This document shows positions 42,495 through 51,586 of a DNA stretch of 64,000 nucleotides, in pieces. The DNA lies in the NCBI GenBank assembly GCA_963847705.1, contig CAWKBC010000021.1, positions 256,001-320,000 of the forward strand. The letters run 5' to 3'. Within the stretch, counting starts at the first letter, position 1. Each line of letters begins with the position of its first letter. The DNA is from an uncultured Pseudomonadota bacterium. Its GTDB lineage: Bacteria; Myxococcota_A; Polyangia; Fen-1088. The notes beneath the pieces are model-generated. The model was not told where the DNA came from. It saw only the letters and a list, made by a program, of their open reading frames with translations, and did no database searches. Position numbers and translations under genes: made by a program.

Positions 42495-43085
42495 TTACCG
42501 CTCGAGGCGGTTCTCCCTTTTCGGCCGTAGCTCGCGATTGAGCTTCCTGAGGTAGTCGTTCCAGTCCTTCGGCACGGGTGAAACGTGTCGGCGCAGCTCG
42601 CGGCCGCCAGCGACGATGAGGTGCGCGTGAAGTTTCTCGCCTCCGTCATCAGCATCGGTGGCACTTACGAGGTCCGCGCCGGCCGGCATCTCGCCGATCG
42701 CGCGGCCAATGAGTCTGAGAGCCTCCGGACCGACACCACCGCCGGTGCTCAAGTAGCGGGTATGAGGGCGTGGAAAGATCTGGTGGTAGCTGAAAGCGTC
42801 GATTGCGCTTTCAACGATCACTAGTCGATCATCATCAGCACGCGCGGCGCTCATCCAGTAGGTCTTCTGGCCGCCGGTCGCAAAGCCGGTGAAGCCGTTG
42901 CTCTTGATCTCGAAGCCGATGACTCGGCCGGTAGCCGGATCGGTGTGCGGAAAAATGACGTTTCCGCGACCGTCCACCCGGTAGCTCGAGGCGAAGCGAG
43001 GATCGCGCTGGACGCCGACGTCGATTCCGCGCTTGGCGAGGTAACGGCTTCGGTCGATTCGGGCGTTCGCATAGGCAGCGGCGAG
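42495..43085 (-). pseudogene. Toprim/DUF3991 primase-like protein, 5' truncated
   Basis: YLAKRGID, GNVIFPH, IVESAIDAFS, ATDADDGG, KDWND; the ORF N-terminus is only antisense of the integrase fragment. Confidence 0.75.
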
Positions 43086-43086
43086 G

Positions 43087-43611
43087 GTCGCCATCAAGGC
43101 AGGGCTACGGCAAGGCGAGCTGTTGGCGCTGCGCTGGGAGGACATCGATCTGGTGTCGGGGCTGCTCAGGGTTCGTCGGTCGGTCACCCGAGGTGTGGTG
43201 ACGGTGCCGAAGAGCGGGAAGGGGAGGGACGTTCCACTTGGTGACGAAGCGATCGCGGCGCTGAAGGCAGAGAGACACCTTCGGGGACCTCTCGTGTTCT
43301 GCAACCTCGACGGGCGGATGTGGAAGAAGAACGAGTGCAAGCATCCGATCTGGCGAGCGTGCAAGAAGGCGGGTCTGCGGCAGGTGAGCTGGCACGTCCT
43401 TCGGCACACGTTCGCTTCGCACTTGGTGATGCGTGGGGCGGCGATGAAGGTTGTGCAGGAGCTGCTCGGGCACGCCACGATCGAGATGACGATGCGCTAC
43501 GCGCATCTCAGTCCCGACGTGCCCCGGCAGGCGGTGAAGCTGCTCGATGGACTGGGCAGCTCTGTGGGGCCGTGGCGACAGGCTGGCGACAACGCCAGAG
43601 TTGGTACTTAA
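43087..43611 (+). pseudogene. Tyrosine (phage) integrase C-terminal fragment
   Basis: GLRQGELLALRWEDID, PKSGK, HVLRHTFAS, LLGH, TMRYAH; the N-terminal half is absent. Confidence 0.85.
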
Positions 43612-43625
43612 CTACTTAGAATTTA

Positions 43626-43648
43626 TGGTGGAGGCGCCGGGAGTCGAA
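43626..43648 (-). mobile_element. att scar: 3' end of tmRNA (ssrA)-like RNA, copy 1
   Basis: Reverse complement TTCGACTCCCGGCGCCTCCACCA gives a T-loop, an acceptor strand compatible with G3:U70, and CCA; lies 14 bp after the integrase stop. Confidence 0.75.
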
Positions 43649-43702
43649 AACGTCCGTCAACCCCGACACTTCGGGGGCTTGCACAGACGCCCGCGCGCTT
43701 GC

Positions 43703-43773
43703 CGCAACCTTCGTGAGGTCTGGTCGGTTCGAGTTTGGGACGGTTGGATCTGTTTGGGCAGCGGGCGGGCAAG
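43703..43773 (+). repeat. About 71-bp direct repeat, copy 1
   Basis: CGCAACCTTCGTGAGGTCTGGTCGGTTCGAGTTTGGGA.GGTTGGATCTGTTTGGGCA.C.GGCGGGCAAG, 3 mismatches versus 46707-46777. Confidence 0.9.
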
Positions 43774-43857
43774 GCGCTGGCGCTGCAGGAATCGGCGTGA
43801 CGCGCACCGGGTGAACCGCGACGTTCAGCTTGGGAAAGCGAAAGGGCCGATTGTGGG

Positions 43858-45093
43858 TCAGGGGGCCTGGCGCGTCCAGATGTCCCCGACAGCTGGCGCC
43901 CCGTTGACGTCTGCGGGCACCGGGAAGCCGTCGGAGACCGCGACCAAATGAGCGCCGGTTGCGTCGGAGGCCAGGGCATCCCAATGCCACCCTTCCGCGG
44001 GTGTCCCTACGGTTTCATTGGTCCAGGTGAGCCCCATGTCAGCAGACCTCCAGAGGTCCCCGAAGGACGCGGCGACGAGATTGGCGCCGCCTGCGTCCGA
44101 CGCCACGTGCTGCCAATACTGGCCCGACGCGGCGGTTCCCTGGGTCCGGTTGATCCAGGTTGCGCCGGAGTCTTCCGAGACCCAGATGTCCCCGTAGCTG
44201 CCGCACAGGACGCCGTCCGGGGGCAGCGAGTTCTGCGAGACAGCAACGAGGCGCGTTCCGGTCGAATCCGACGCGACCTCCTGCCAGCCCAGTCCCGAGA
44301 GAGGCGTTCCCTGGGTCCGGTTGATCCAGGTCTGACCCGCGTCCCAAGAGGTCCAGATGTCGCCGTTGACGACAACGAGGTGGTCTCCGGTCGAGTCCGA
44401 GGTCAAGTTTCCCCAGATTTTGCCGGCAACGGAGGTCCCGGCCGTCTGATCGGTCCAGGTCAGGCCCGAATCTGTGGAGGCCCAGACGTCCCCCCCGGCG
44501 GTTACGAATAGCCGGGTGCCGGTCGCGTCCGAGGCGAGGCCGCGCGGCCACTCGACCGCGCCGACGGTTACGCGTTTCGTCCAGGTCATGCCCGCGTCGG
44601 CCGACGTCCAGAGATCGCCGCCCTCGCTCGTATCGGCTGGGCCGGTGACGGCCACCAGGTGACCTCCGATCGAGTCTGAAGCGACGGAGACCCACCGCTG
44701 ACCGGATGCTTCGGTGCCTGCCGTCCGGTTCGTCCAGGTCATACCGGCGTCGGCGGATGTCCAGATGTTCCCGTCCGGCGCGAAAGCCGAGCGCGTCGTC
44801 ACGGCGACCAGGTGGGTTCCGGTCGCGTCGGAGGCCACGCTCATCCAAGCGAGGTCCGCGGCGTTGGTGCCAGCCGTTTGATCGACCCACGGCCCGCCGC
44901 TCGCGCCCGCGGCTGAGGAGCCTCCCGCGTCCATCGAGGAACTCCCGCACTGGTCGAGCGGCGACCCACCCGTGCCGGTGCTGCCACCGTTGGCGACGGC
45001 GTCGCCGGTTCCCGGCGAACCGCCGTTCAGGCTGCTGCCACACGCCGCCAGTGCGAAAGCGCACGCGGCAGTCACCGAGAGGATGGACTGCAT
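43858..45093 (-). CDS. Lipoprotein with BNR/Asp-box beta-propeller repeats
   Basis: Lipobox LAAC, Gly/Ser linker, repeated W..VASD.TG..LVAV and IW.S.D.G.TW.N.T.GT units. Confidence 0.8.
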   Translation of the reverse strand: MQSILSVTAACAFALAACGSSLNGGSPGTGDAVANGGSTGTGGSPLDQCGSSSMDAGGSSAAGASGGPWVDQTAGTNAADLAWMSVASDATGTHLVAVTTRSAFAPDGNIWTSADAGMTWTNRTAGTEASGQRWVSVASDSIGGHLVAVTGPADTSEGGDLWTSADAGMTWTKRVTVGAVEWPRGLASDATGTRLFVTAGGDVWASTDSGLTWTDQTAGTSVAGKIWGNLTSDSTGDHLVVVNGDIWTSWDAGQTWINRTQGTPLSGLGWQEVASDSTGTRLVAVSQNSLPPDGVLCGSYGDIWVSEDSGATWINRTQGTAASGQYWQHVASDAGGANLVAASFGDLWRSADMGLTWTNETVGTPAEGWHWDALASDATGAHLVAVSDGFPVPADVNGAPAVGDIWTRQAP

Positions 45094-45327
45094 GGAAGAC
45101 CCCCAGCGATAGAATGTGGGATTCGCGAGCCCACCTTCATCGATGACACTCCTTGAGCTCGGCATCCCGGTCTCCACCGAGCCGCCGGGGTCGCCAGATT
45201 CGCCGTTCAGGGGTCTGCTCGCGTACCCGTAGTCGCAGGACACGGCGAACTCGGGGGCCGGTCAGGCCCGGGGCAGCGGACGCGACCTATGGACGAGGAC
45301 CCGCTCTATCTGGCAGCTCGCTCCGAA

Positions 45328-45375
45328 GGTGCGGGCACCGACGGGATTGAACCTGCGGCTTCCACTGTGTGAATA
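45328..45375 (-). mobile_element. att scar: degenerate 3' half of tRNA-Val(CAC)
   Basis: Reverse complement TTCACAC AGTGG AAGCC GCAGG TTCAATC CCGTC GGTGCCCGCACC: anticodon loop and T-loop present, 5' half absent, T-stem imperfect. Confidence 0.55.
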
Positions 45376-45737
45376 GACGGAGATCAGGACAAGAAATTAG
45401 GAGTTACGAGTAGTTGAACGTCACTGGACAGCACCGGACGACACCCAGAAGCACCCGTTCTGGGCACTTTTCTAGGCATATTGGATTCGGGAACAGGCAC
45501 CCCTATCGTCTCGATCGCTGGCCGAGGCACTACGACCGCAGGCGTGAGTCGGTCGCGCCATGGATTAACTCGAGGAAGCTCTGCGTGCGCTCGTGGCGGC
45601 AACCGCACGATCGCGCGACACTCGGGGGCGGCGGCCATGAAGATCCCGGAGAGACGTCAAGGACGGCCACAGTATTGGCAGCGGGAGTTTGAAATGGTTT
45701 CGCGCTACCCGCTGGCCTCCACGAGCGGGGCTTGAGG

Positions 45738-46616
45738 ATGGTCACTCGCACACCGATTCGCTTTGGGGTTTTGCTGGCGCTCGTTTTCTGTGCCGGGCGG
45801 GCGCGGGCGCAGGATGCGCCGACCGTTTCCCTAGAGCCTACATGGCCGCCACACGAGGTGCCTCCGGCCGCTCCGCCGTCGACCTCTGGATATCCACCGC
45901 CGCCACCGATCTACAGCGCACCGACGCCCGCGAGCGTTTCGCCACAGCCCGCGTCGCCGCCCCCGGCTGCTCCGCCGGTGACCTCCGCATATCCACCGCC
46001 GCCCCCTGCTCATTATCCACCCCCGCCCGCGTACCGGCCGCCACCCGCCTATCCGCCACCGCTGGTGGTCTCCGCGCCTGCGCCGACGGACGGGTTTCAC
46101 AGGGGGCTCTTCCTGCGCTTACATCTCGGTCTCGGCTACGGCTCGCTTACCGGGTCCGGCAGCTACTCCGGCACAACAACAATAGCGGGTTCCGGGGTCT
46201 CGGTCGGCGTCGCGTTGGGCGGCGGTGTGGCTGAGAACTTGGCGCTCTACGGGACCATCTTCGTTTCTTCTTTTGGGGACGCGAACAGCGGGTCCAATAC
46301 CGGTACGGATGCCTCGCTTGGTGGCTACGCCGCCGGCGTCGTTTATTACTTCATGCCAATCAACGTCTACGCATCTGGAGCAGTCGGCGTGGCGGGAATG
46401 GGCAAGTTCGACAGCCAGGGAAAACTGATCGACTCCTCGAATATTGGCCTTGGTTTCGATGGGATTGTCGGAAAGGAGTGGCGTGTTTCGCGTCACTGGG
46501 GCCTCGGCCTGGCTGCCGAGCTCGTCGGCGCGACCGGAATGAAGGACAAGGCCGACCCCAACGTCACCTGGAGAGGCGGCGCGTTCAACTTCCTCTCCTC
46601 GGCGACCTTCTACTGA
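45738..46616 (+). CDS. Exported protein: Pro-rich linker plus outer-membrane beta-barrel-like domain
   Basis: Signal peptide ending ARA, poly-Pro region, GLFLRLHLGLGY..VGKEWRVS..WGLG..ATFY. Confidence 0.8.
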   Translation: MVTRTPIRFGVLLALVFCAGRARAQDAPTVSLEPTWPPHEVPPAAPPSTSGYPPPPPIYSAPTPASVSPQPASPPPAAPPVTSAYPPPPPAHYPPPPAYRPPPAYPPPLVVSAPAPTDGFHRGLFLRLHLGLGYGSLTGSGSYSGTTTIAGSGVSVGVALGGGVAENLALYGTIFVSSFGDANSGSNTGTDASLGGYAAGVVYYFMPINVYASGAVGVAGMGKFDSQGKLIDSSNIGLGFDGIVGKEWRVSRHWGLGLAAELVGATGMKDKADPNVTWRGGAFNFLSSATFY

Positions 46617-46706
46617 ACGTCACAGCGATCGCGGCCAAGCAGCCACACTCCAGCGGCCGTTATCTTGCCCGTGCTCTCAAGATCCAAAGAATGGGACAGG
46701 GACGCA

Positions 46707-46777
46707 CGCAACCTTCGTGAGGTCTGGTCGGTTCGAGTTTGGGAGGGTTGGATCTGTTTGGGCAACTGGCGGGCAAG
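46707..46777 (+). repeat. About 71-bp direct repeat, copy 2
   Basis: Near-identical to 43703-43773. Confidence 0.9.
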
Positions 46778-47016
46778 CGGTTCGCCGCTCAGACGTACGG
46801 GGGCGAGCCTTTGCCCGCCCAGAAAGACGGACCTCCGACACCGCTTCCGTCGGGACGACTACCCCGATTATTGGGAGCGTTACCTGAATCGCCTTGGCAT
46901 CGGAACGGCTGGGGGCGCCGTTCGCGGTGTCAGTTTTGAGCCGGCGCTTAGCTCGTCTAAGATTCCAAACAGCCGCGGATAGGTCTGATCGCGGTTGGTG
47001 GCCAAGCGGAGGGTTC

Positions 47017-48408
47017 ATGCGTCGGCTCTATTTCGTCGTCTCGTTCTTACTCCTGTCGTCAAATGGGTGCGGTTCGGCAGGCAGCGACACGACGGGGACT
47101 GGCGGCGCCGTCGGGAACGGCGGTGCGACGGGCGGGGTCGTTGGCGCGACGGGCGGGATCGGCGGCGGGGGCGGCGAAAGCGGTGGCGGTGCCGGTATCG
47201 GCGGGAACGGCACCGGCGGCACCGGCGGCACGAGCGGCGCCGCGGGGAGCAACGGCCCCGCCGGCACCAACGGCGGCGCCGGTACTGGTGGCGCTGCGGG
47301 CACGAACGGCGCCGCGGGTACCAATGGCGGGGCGGGGTCGAATGGAGCCGCCGGCACGAACGAGGCGGGGGGGGCCACGGGGAACGGCGGTACGGGTGTC
47401 GACGGCGGCGCGCTGCCGCTCGACGGCGGCGGATCGATCCAGGCCCTCCCGCTCTCGACAAACGACCTGGTGTTCGATTCGACCAGGGGCGTGCTCTACG
47501 CCACGAATAACGGCACCCCGGACGCGGGGAACAGTGTGCTCACCATTGACCCTGCCTCCGCGAAGGTCACGGCGACGTTGCCCATCGGGGGTCTCCCGAC
47601 TGTCCTTGCCATTTCCGACGATGGGAGCGCTCTTTACGTCGGTGTCAGCACGCCCGGTGGGTCCTTCTCGCCGACCCCGCAGATCGACGGAGCCAACACG
47701 GTGTGCCGCATCGACCTTGCTTCGACGACTGCCGGGCCTCTCGTCTCCCTGGGGAGCACCAACGTCACCGCCGGTCAGATCGCCGCCGTGCCCGGATCCT
47801 CGACACAGTTCATGGTGTCGCTCCGCCAGCCAGAGGTCACGCCCGAGTTTGCGGGTCTGGCGCTCTACGACAGCAGCACGCTGCTGGCGCATTGGAGTTA
47901 CCCCTACACCACCGACAACATTACCTTCTCCGGTCCCTCGACCCTCTTCGGGTGCAGCAGCACCACGGAGCCCTCCGAGCTCGTTCAGTTCAGCGTCACC
48001 TCGGCCGCCATCACCCCGCGGATGACGGTAAGCGGTTTGATCACCAACGGCGGCGCGCGAATTATCGCGAACGGCGGCTGGATCTTCGCCAGTGACGGAC
48101 AGACGGTGAGCGTGGCAACCATGGGCTCCGTCGGCACCTACAACGACACCGCCGCCAAAGGGCCACTCATTTCCGTCGTCCCCGCTGCCGACGGAACAAA
48201 CGTCTGGTTTCTGGGCGAGCCCAACATGGGCGGACCGACCTTGCTCCAGTTCGACCGGACGACGTTTCAGCTGCTTCGGACCATTTCGCTCGCCCCGGGG
48301 TACATCGAAGGGAACCTCTATGGTTTGACCGGGCTAGTCCAGTGGTCCCCGACCGGTTTCGCCTTCCGTTCCTACTCGAACATCTTTCTAGTGACGGTGC
48401 CGAACTGA
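47017..48408 (+). CDS. Lipoprotein with Gly-rich repeat linker and YncE-like beta-propeller
   Basis: MRRLYFVVSFLLLSSNGC, G(A/G)AGTN repeats, DLVFDSTRGVLYAT, LAISDDGSALYVG. Confidence 0.78.
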   Translation: MRRLYFVVSFLLLSSNGCGSAGSDTTGTGGAVGNGGATGGVVGATGGIGGGGGESGGGAGIGGNGTGGTGGTSGAAGSNGPAGTNGGAGTGGAAGTNGAAGTNGGAGSNGAAGTNEAGGATGNGGTGVDGGALPLDGGGSIQALPLSTNDLVFDSTRGVLYATNNGTPDAGNSVLTIDPASAKVTATLPIGGLPTVLAISDDGSALYVGVSTPGGSFSPTPQIDGANTVCRIDLASTTAGPLVSLGSTNVTAGQIAAVPGSSTQFMVSLRQPEVTPEFAGLALYDSSTLLAHWSYPYTTDNITFSGPSTLFGCSSTTEPSELVQFSVTSAAITPRMTVSGLITNGGARIIANGGWIFASDGQTVSVATMGSVGTYNDTAAKGPLISVVPAADGTNVWFLGEPNMGGPTLLQFDRTTFQLLRTISLAPGYIEGNLYGLTGLVQWSPTGFAFRSYSNIFLVTVPN

Positions 48409-48561
48409 ACGGTTCGGGCGGGCAGCGGCCCAGGAGGGCTTACGGCCATGGGAGCTTCACGAACCTACAGACTCAGATTCCCAAATGCGTGTGCCTGAAC
48501 AGCTTCTCGGCACGACCCACCATCGCGTGAGTAGGACCGTAGAACCCCTGCCCTTCTGTTT

Positions 48562-48606
48562 TGTGGAGCTGAACGGGATCGAACCCTCGGCCTCCTGAGT
48601 GCGATT
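48562..48606 (-). mobile_element. att scar: 3' half of tRNA-Ala(CGC)
   Basis: Reverse complement ATCGCAC TCAGG AGGCC GAGGG TTCGATC CCGTT CAGCTCCA: begins at the anticodon loop and has no 5' half. Confidence 0.75.
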
Positions 48607-48738
48607 TTGACCCTGTACGAGCCGGAGGGATGCCAGCAACAAAACGCCAGCAACCGAAGGGAGTCCCTTTTGGTCGGGAGAACACGAAGTCCTCCAAGCC
48701 GACGATCTCCAACGAAGGGACCGAGAAGGCGATCTGCG

Positions 48739-49212
48739 TTACTTAACGAAGAACCTCACAACGCCCGTCGGGCCCTCCTGCATGAAGATAAAGAGTGTCA
48801 CGAGTGCGGTCAGCAGCGCGGCCCAGAGGCTGAAAGCTGCCACGAGCAGGCCGAGAAGACGAAGCTGGAGGCCGATCGCAGCTCGCCAGCCGACGGGGCG
48901 ATCCCATTCGATGCTTCGACGGATGCGCACTTTGGCGCCCGTGCGCGCCTGAACCTGAGGGCTCAGGCGATAGATCCTGCGATAGAATCCGCTTGTCCAG
49001 TAGACGATATTCCATGCCGCCGCCAGCAGCCCGATGACGACCAAGGCGCTCGTTCGATAGGAATCGACAAGCGAACCGCGCGCCACGGGGCGGCCGGCTA
49101 ACAGGAGCGCTGGCACGATGTATGCCGCGGCAAGTGCGTGCACGACGAGCAACCATCGGCGTTTCCGCGATGGATCGCTGGGGCTAGATGGCGCAGTGGA
49201 GGTCGAAGGCAC
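48739..49212 (-). CDS. Hypothetical membrane protein (about 3 TM)
   Basis: Three hydrophobic segments. Confidence 0.55.
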   Translation of the reverse strand: MPSTSTAPSSPSDPSRKRRWLLVVHALAAAYIVPALLLAGRPVARGSLVDSYRTSALVVIGLLAAAWNIVYWTSGFYRRIYRLSPQVQARTGAKVRIRRSIEWDRPVGWRAAIGLQLRLLGLLVAAFSLWAALLTALVTLFIFMQEGPTGVVRFFVK

Positions 49213-49249
49213 GCGCTGGAACCGGAACGGGATGTCCCGATACTAACCT

Positions 49250-49416
49250 GTGGCGTGCCGCTGAAGGCAGTCCAGGATCTCATGGGACACGCCACGATCG
49301 AGATGACGATGCGCTACGCCCACCTCTCTCCGCACGTCCCGCGCGACGCCGTGAAGCTGCTCGATCACGGCGGCCGTTTGGGCAACGGGTGGGCAAAAAC
49401 CGAAAACCGTACCTAA
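49250..49416 (+). pseudogene. Tyrosine integrase extreme C-terminal fragment, copy 2
   Basis: GVPLKAVQDLMGHATIEMTMRYAHLSP..AVKLLD, closely related to the 43087-43611 fragment. Confidence 0.85.
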
Positions 49417-49430
49417 GTAGTTAGAAAAAG

Positions 49431-49452
49431 GGTGGAGGCGCCGGGAGTCGAA
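49431..49452 (-). mobile_element. att scar: 3' end of tmRNA-like RNA, copy 2
   Basis: GGTGGAGGCGCCGGGAGTCGAA, identical to 43627-43648 and again 14 bp after an integrase stop. Confidence 0.75.
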
Positions 49453-49677
49453 CTCGACGGCGTGAAGACCGAAAATATCAACGGGCACGCCGGTTTGCAC
49501 AACAATCGCGCGGACCTGGAAAGTTTGGAGACAGTCCGGTTAGAGGCGCTTGGGAGCGGTTGGAACCGCCTCCGTCCGGTTCAAAATGGCTAGGACGTGG
49601 CCAGAAAAAGTCTCCTGCGCGGTCGTCCGGTTGATGTTGGGCGCAGTCGGCGGTGGCACATGGCGACCAGGCTCCGA

Positions 49678-50514
49678 CTAAACCCCCAGCCATCCGCGCA
49701 TCATCTCGTGCATCGAATCGAGGTCGCAGTATTTCTTTACGAACGCGGCCAGCAGATCCTTTTCCTGCGGATCTTTCCTCAATGCCAGCAAGGACGCGCA
49801 CTCGGCGATGATCGCACGCGCTTTCGGCCACGTCTGTTCTGACGGGAAATACGGCTTGTACCAGCGCGCTCCTTGCTTCGGTGGCAGATTGGTTGTCCAT
49901 TCCGTATAGCCGGATGCGACCGCAAGGTCGAAGCGACGTCGTACAATATTTTCGACGTCCATGAGGACCCATTGCTCGATGCATTCGCGAAGCCGGTCTA
50001 CCCGCCCTTGCTCGGCCAGCTCGGGTACACGAAAATCGATGATGGGGTTCCCAAGGGTTACGTGTTCGGGCGGCGGTTGATCACACGTTACGGGTTCGTC
50101 TGGCACGAGACGAACCCGGTCGATCGTCCCGCCGTAGGCCGTGGCGTGGAGCAGCACTCGCGTGATGCTCCACGTCGAGTAGAGGCGAATGCGCGTTGTA
50201 CCCTTGTCGACCAGGCAGATGAAGAGCGGGCTGGCTAACCCCTCGAGCCACGTGCGCACGTGCGGACCCTGATAGACGACTTCGGTCTCGCCTTCGCTCT
50301 TAACCTGCACCGAATATCCAGGCCCCACGTGTAGTCGACCACCCACGGGACGCGAGGTGGCGCAGATCAAATCGATTCCCTGATCGTCTTCGACCTCGAC
50401 GTCTGTCGCGGGACCAAACGCGGAAAGCGCAAACCGCGCGAGCGTCTCCGAACGAAACCCCTGGCGTGAATTGCGAGGAAGAACTCCGCCCGATTGCTTT
50501 TCGCCGTTCGGCAT
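49678..50514 (-). CDS. PD-(D/E)XK-like (DUF4365-like) putative nuclease
   Basis: GFRSE..EDDQGIDL..SVQVKS; RBS GGAGG. Confidence 0.65.
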   Translation of the reverse strand: MPNGEKQSGGVLPRNSRQGFRSETLARFALSAFGPATDVEVEDDQGIDLICATSRPVGGRLHVGPGYSVQVKSEGETEVVYQGPHVRTWLEGLASPLFICLVDKGTTRIRLYSTWSITRVLLHATAYGGTIDRVRLVPDEPVTCDQPPPEHVTLGNPIIDFRVPELAEQGRVDRLRECIEQWVLMDVENIVRRRFDLAVASGYTEWTTNLPPKQGARWYKPYFPSEQTWPKARAIIAECASLLALRKDPQEKDLLAAFVKKYCDLDSMHEMMRGWLGV

Positions 50515-50728
50515 GGCCTCTCCGTGTTGATGGCATGCGAGCGTAACCGGGATAGCGTCCACGTCGAGTGTCACGGTCACAGTCCCCATTGATCATTGAC
50601 GTCTACCGGAAGACCAACTAAGGGTAGTGCCGTGTAGGTAAATGTATATAATCCCTAGGGAGGCAGTATGCGACGTTGGCGAGGCCAGGCGAATCGGTTT
50701 GCCGCTGCCATTCCCGTCTGGGGGCATC

Positions 50729-50893
50729 CGCCGCTTCCGGACCGGCCGTAACGTCCAGTTCAACGCCAAGGCGTCCCAAGAGACCGTCGACGCCATCTAC
50801 GGCGTGACCGAGGCGCATCCCGGGTGGGTTCTGGGCTACACGCTGGAGCGCGCCATCGCGGCCCTACAGCGCGAACTCGAGAGCGATACGTGA
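50729..50893 (+). pseudogene. Fragment of a plasmid stability/partition accessory protein (StbC-like)
   Basis: RRFRTGRNVQFNAKASQET..GWVLGYTLERAIAAL, recognised from memory; no good start codon. Confidence 0.45.
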
Positions 50894-50920
50894 CAGGGAG
50901 GGCAGGGGACGCCTCTTGTT

Positions 50921-51586
50921 CTATTGGGAGACCTTGGCTTTCGCGGCAAGTTGTTCTGCTTCCGTGAAGCCACGACTCTTTTTCGGCGAGATCCGCTTCA
51001 GGATGAGTCGCCCGGTTGAATTGCGATCCGTCCAGTAGTCGCCTTCCATGGCGTCCTGCCCGTTTACGCGCAGATGCATCCCACCGAAATGGATGGGGCT
51101 GCGGTCCCGGACATCCACTTTCGGGTCGTTGCGGTAGAGAACGGACACGGACTCTGCATCGTCCGTATCCCTGAGAATACTGGCGGCGATCGTCGCTGAT
51201 TCGGATTCCACAGTGTACTGCCTCAAGTAGAGCGTTGACGCGGTTTGCGTCACGCTCACGAAGGAGGGGATCGGAGGCGGATTCTTCTGAGTCTTCGGGT
51301 CCACCCACTGCGATCGCAGCTCGCCGCGCCAGGTGCCCCGCAGATTCGGCCGACGGACCAGCCATGAGAAGGGAGGCCAGGCCCAGAGCCATTTGTCGAA
51401 TAGCCAGACGAAGAGGCTGGCGGCGGTGACGGCCCCTCCGTATGGTGCCCATAGAGCGCGGGATTCAGGGACCAGCCCGCCCGCCTTCACGGTCGCGTCC
51501 ACATGAACCGTGCCGCTGATGACTAGGATCAACACCCAGGTAAGGCCGCCGACGGCGAGGACTGTCTTGAGGACCGTGCCATTCAT
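50921..51586 (-). CDS. cap15: CBASS effector Cap15 (SMODS-associated 2TM plus beta-strand-rich domain)
   Basis: Two TM helices, FDKWLW, PNLRGTWRG.L.S, YRNDP, IHFG, G.YWTDR.S.G; ATGA overlap with the CD-NTase. Confidence 0.88.
   Translation of the reverse strand: MNGTVLKTVLAVGGLTWVLILVISGTVHVDATVKAGGLVPESRALWAPYGGAVTAASLFVWLFDKWLWAWPPFSWLVRRPNLRGTWRGELRSQWVDPKTQKNPPPIPSFVSVTQTASTLYLRQYTVESESATIAASILRDTDDAESVSVLYRNDPKVDVRDRSPIHFGGMHLRVNGQDAMEGDYWTDRNSTGRLILKRISPKKSRGFTEAEQLAAKAKVSQ

Noticed and set aside
43086-43478. N-terminal part of the 327-aa toprim ORF as a novel fusion
   Set aside because: It is the antisense reading of the integrase fragment.
46800-46910. Peptide TDLRHRFRRDDYPDYWERYLNRLG that looks like a real protein tail
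   Set aside because: No start codon or family could be assigned; BLASTX would be needed.
47090-47410. Tandem repeats as a possible CRISPR or VNTR
   Set aside because: Degenerate coding repeats for a Gly/Ala/Thr linker, with no repeat-spacer structure and no cas genes.
45328-48606. Intact tRNA genes
   Set aside because: Only 3' halves are present, with no D-arm or 5' acceptor strand; treated as att scars.
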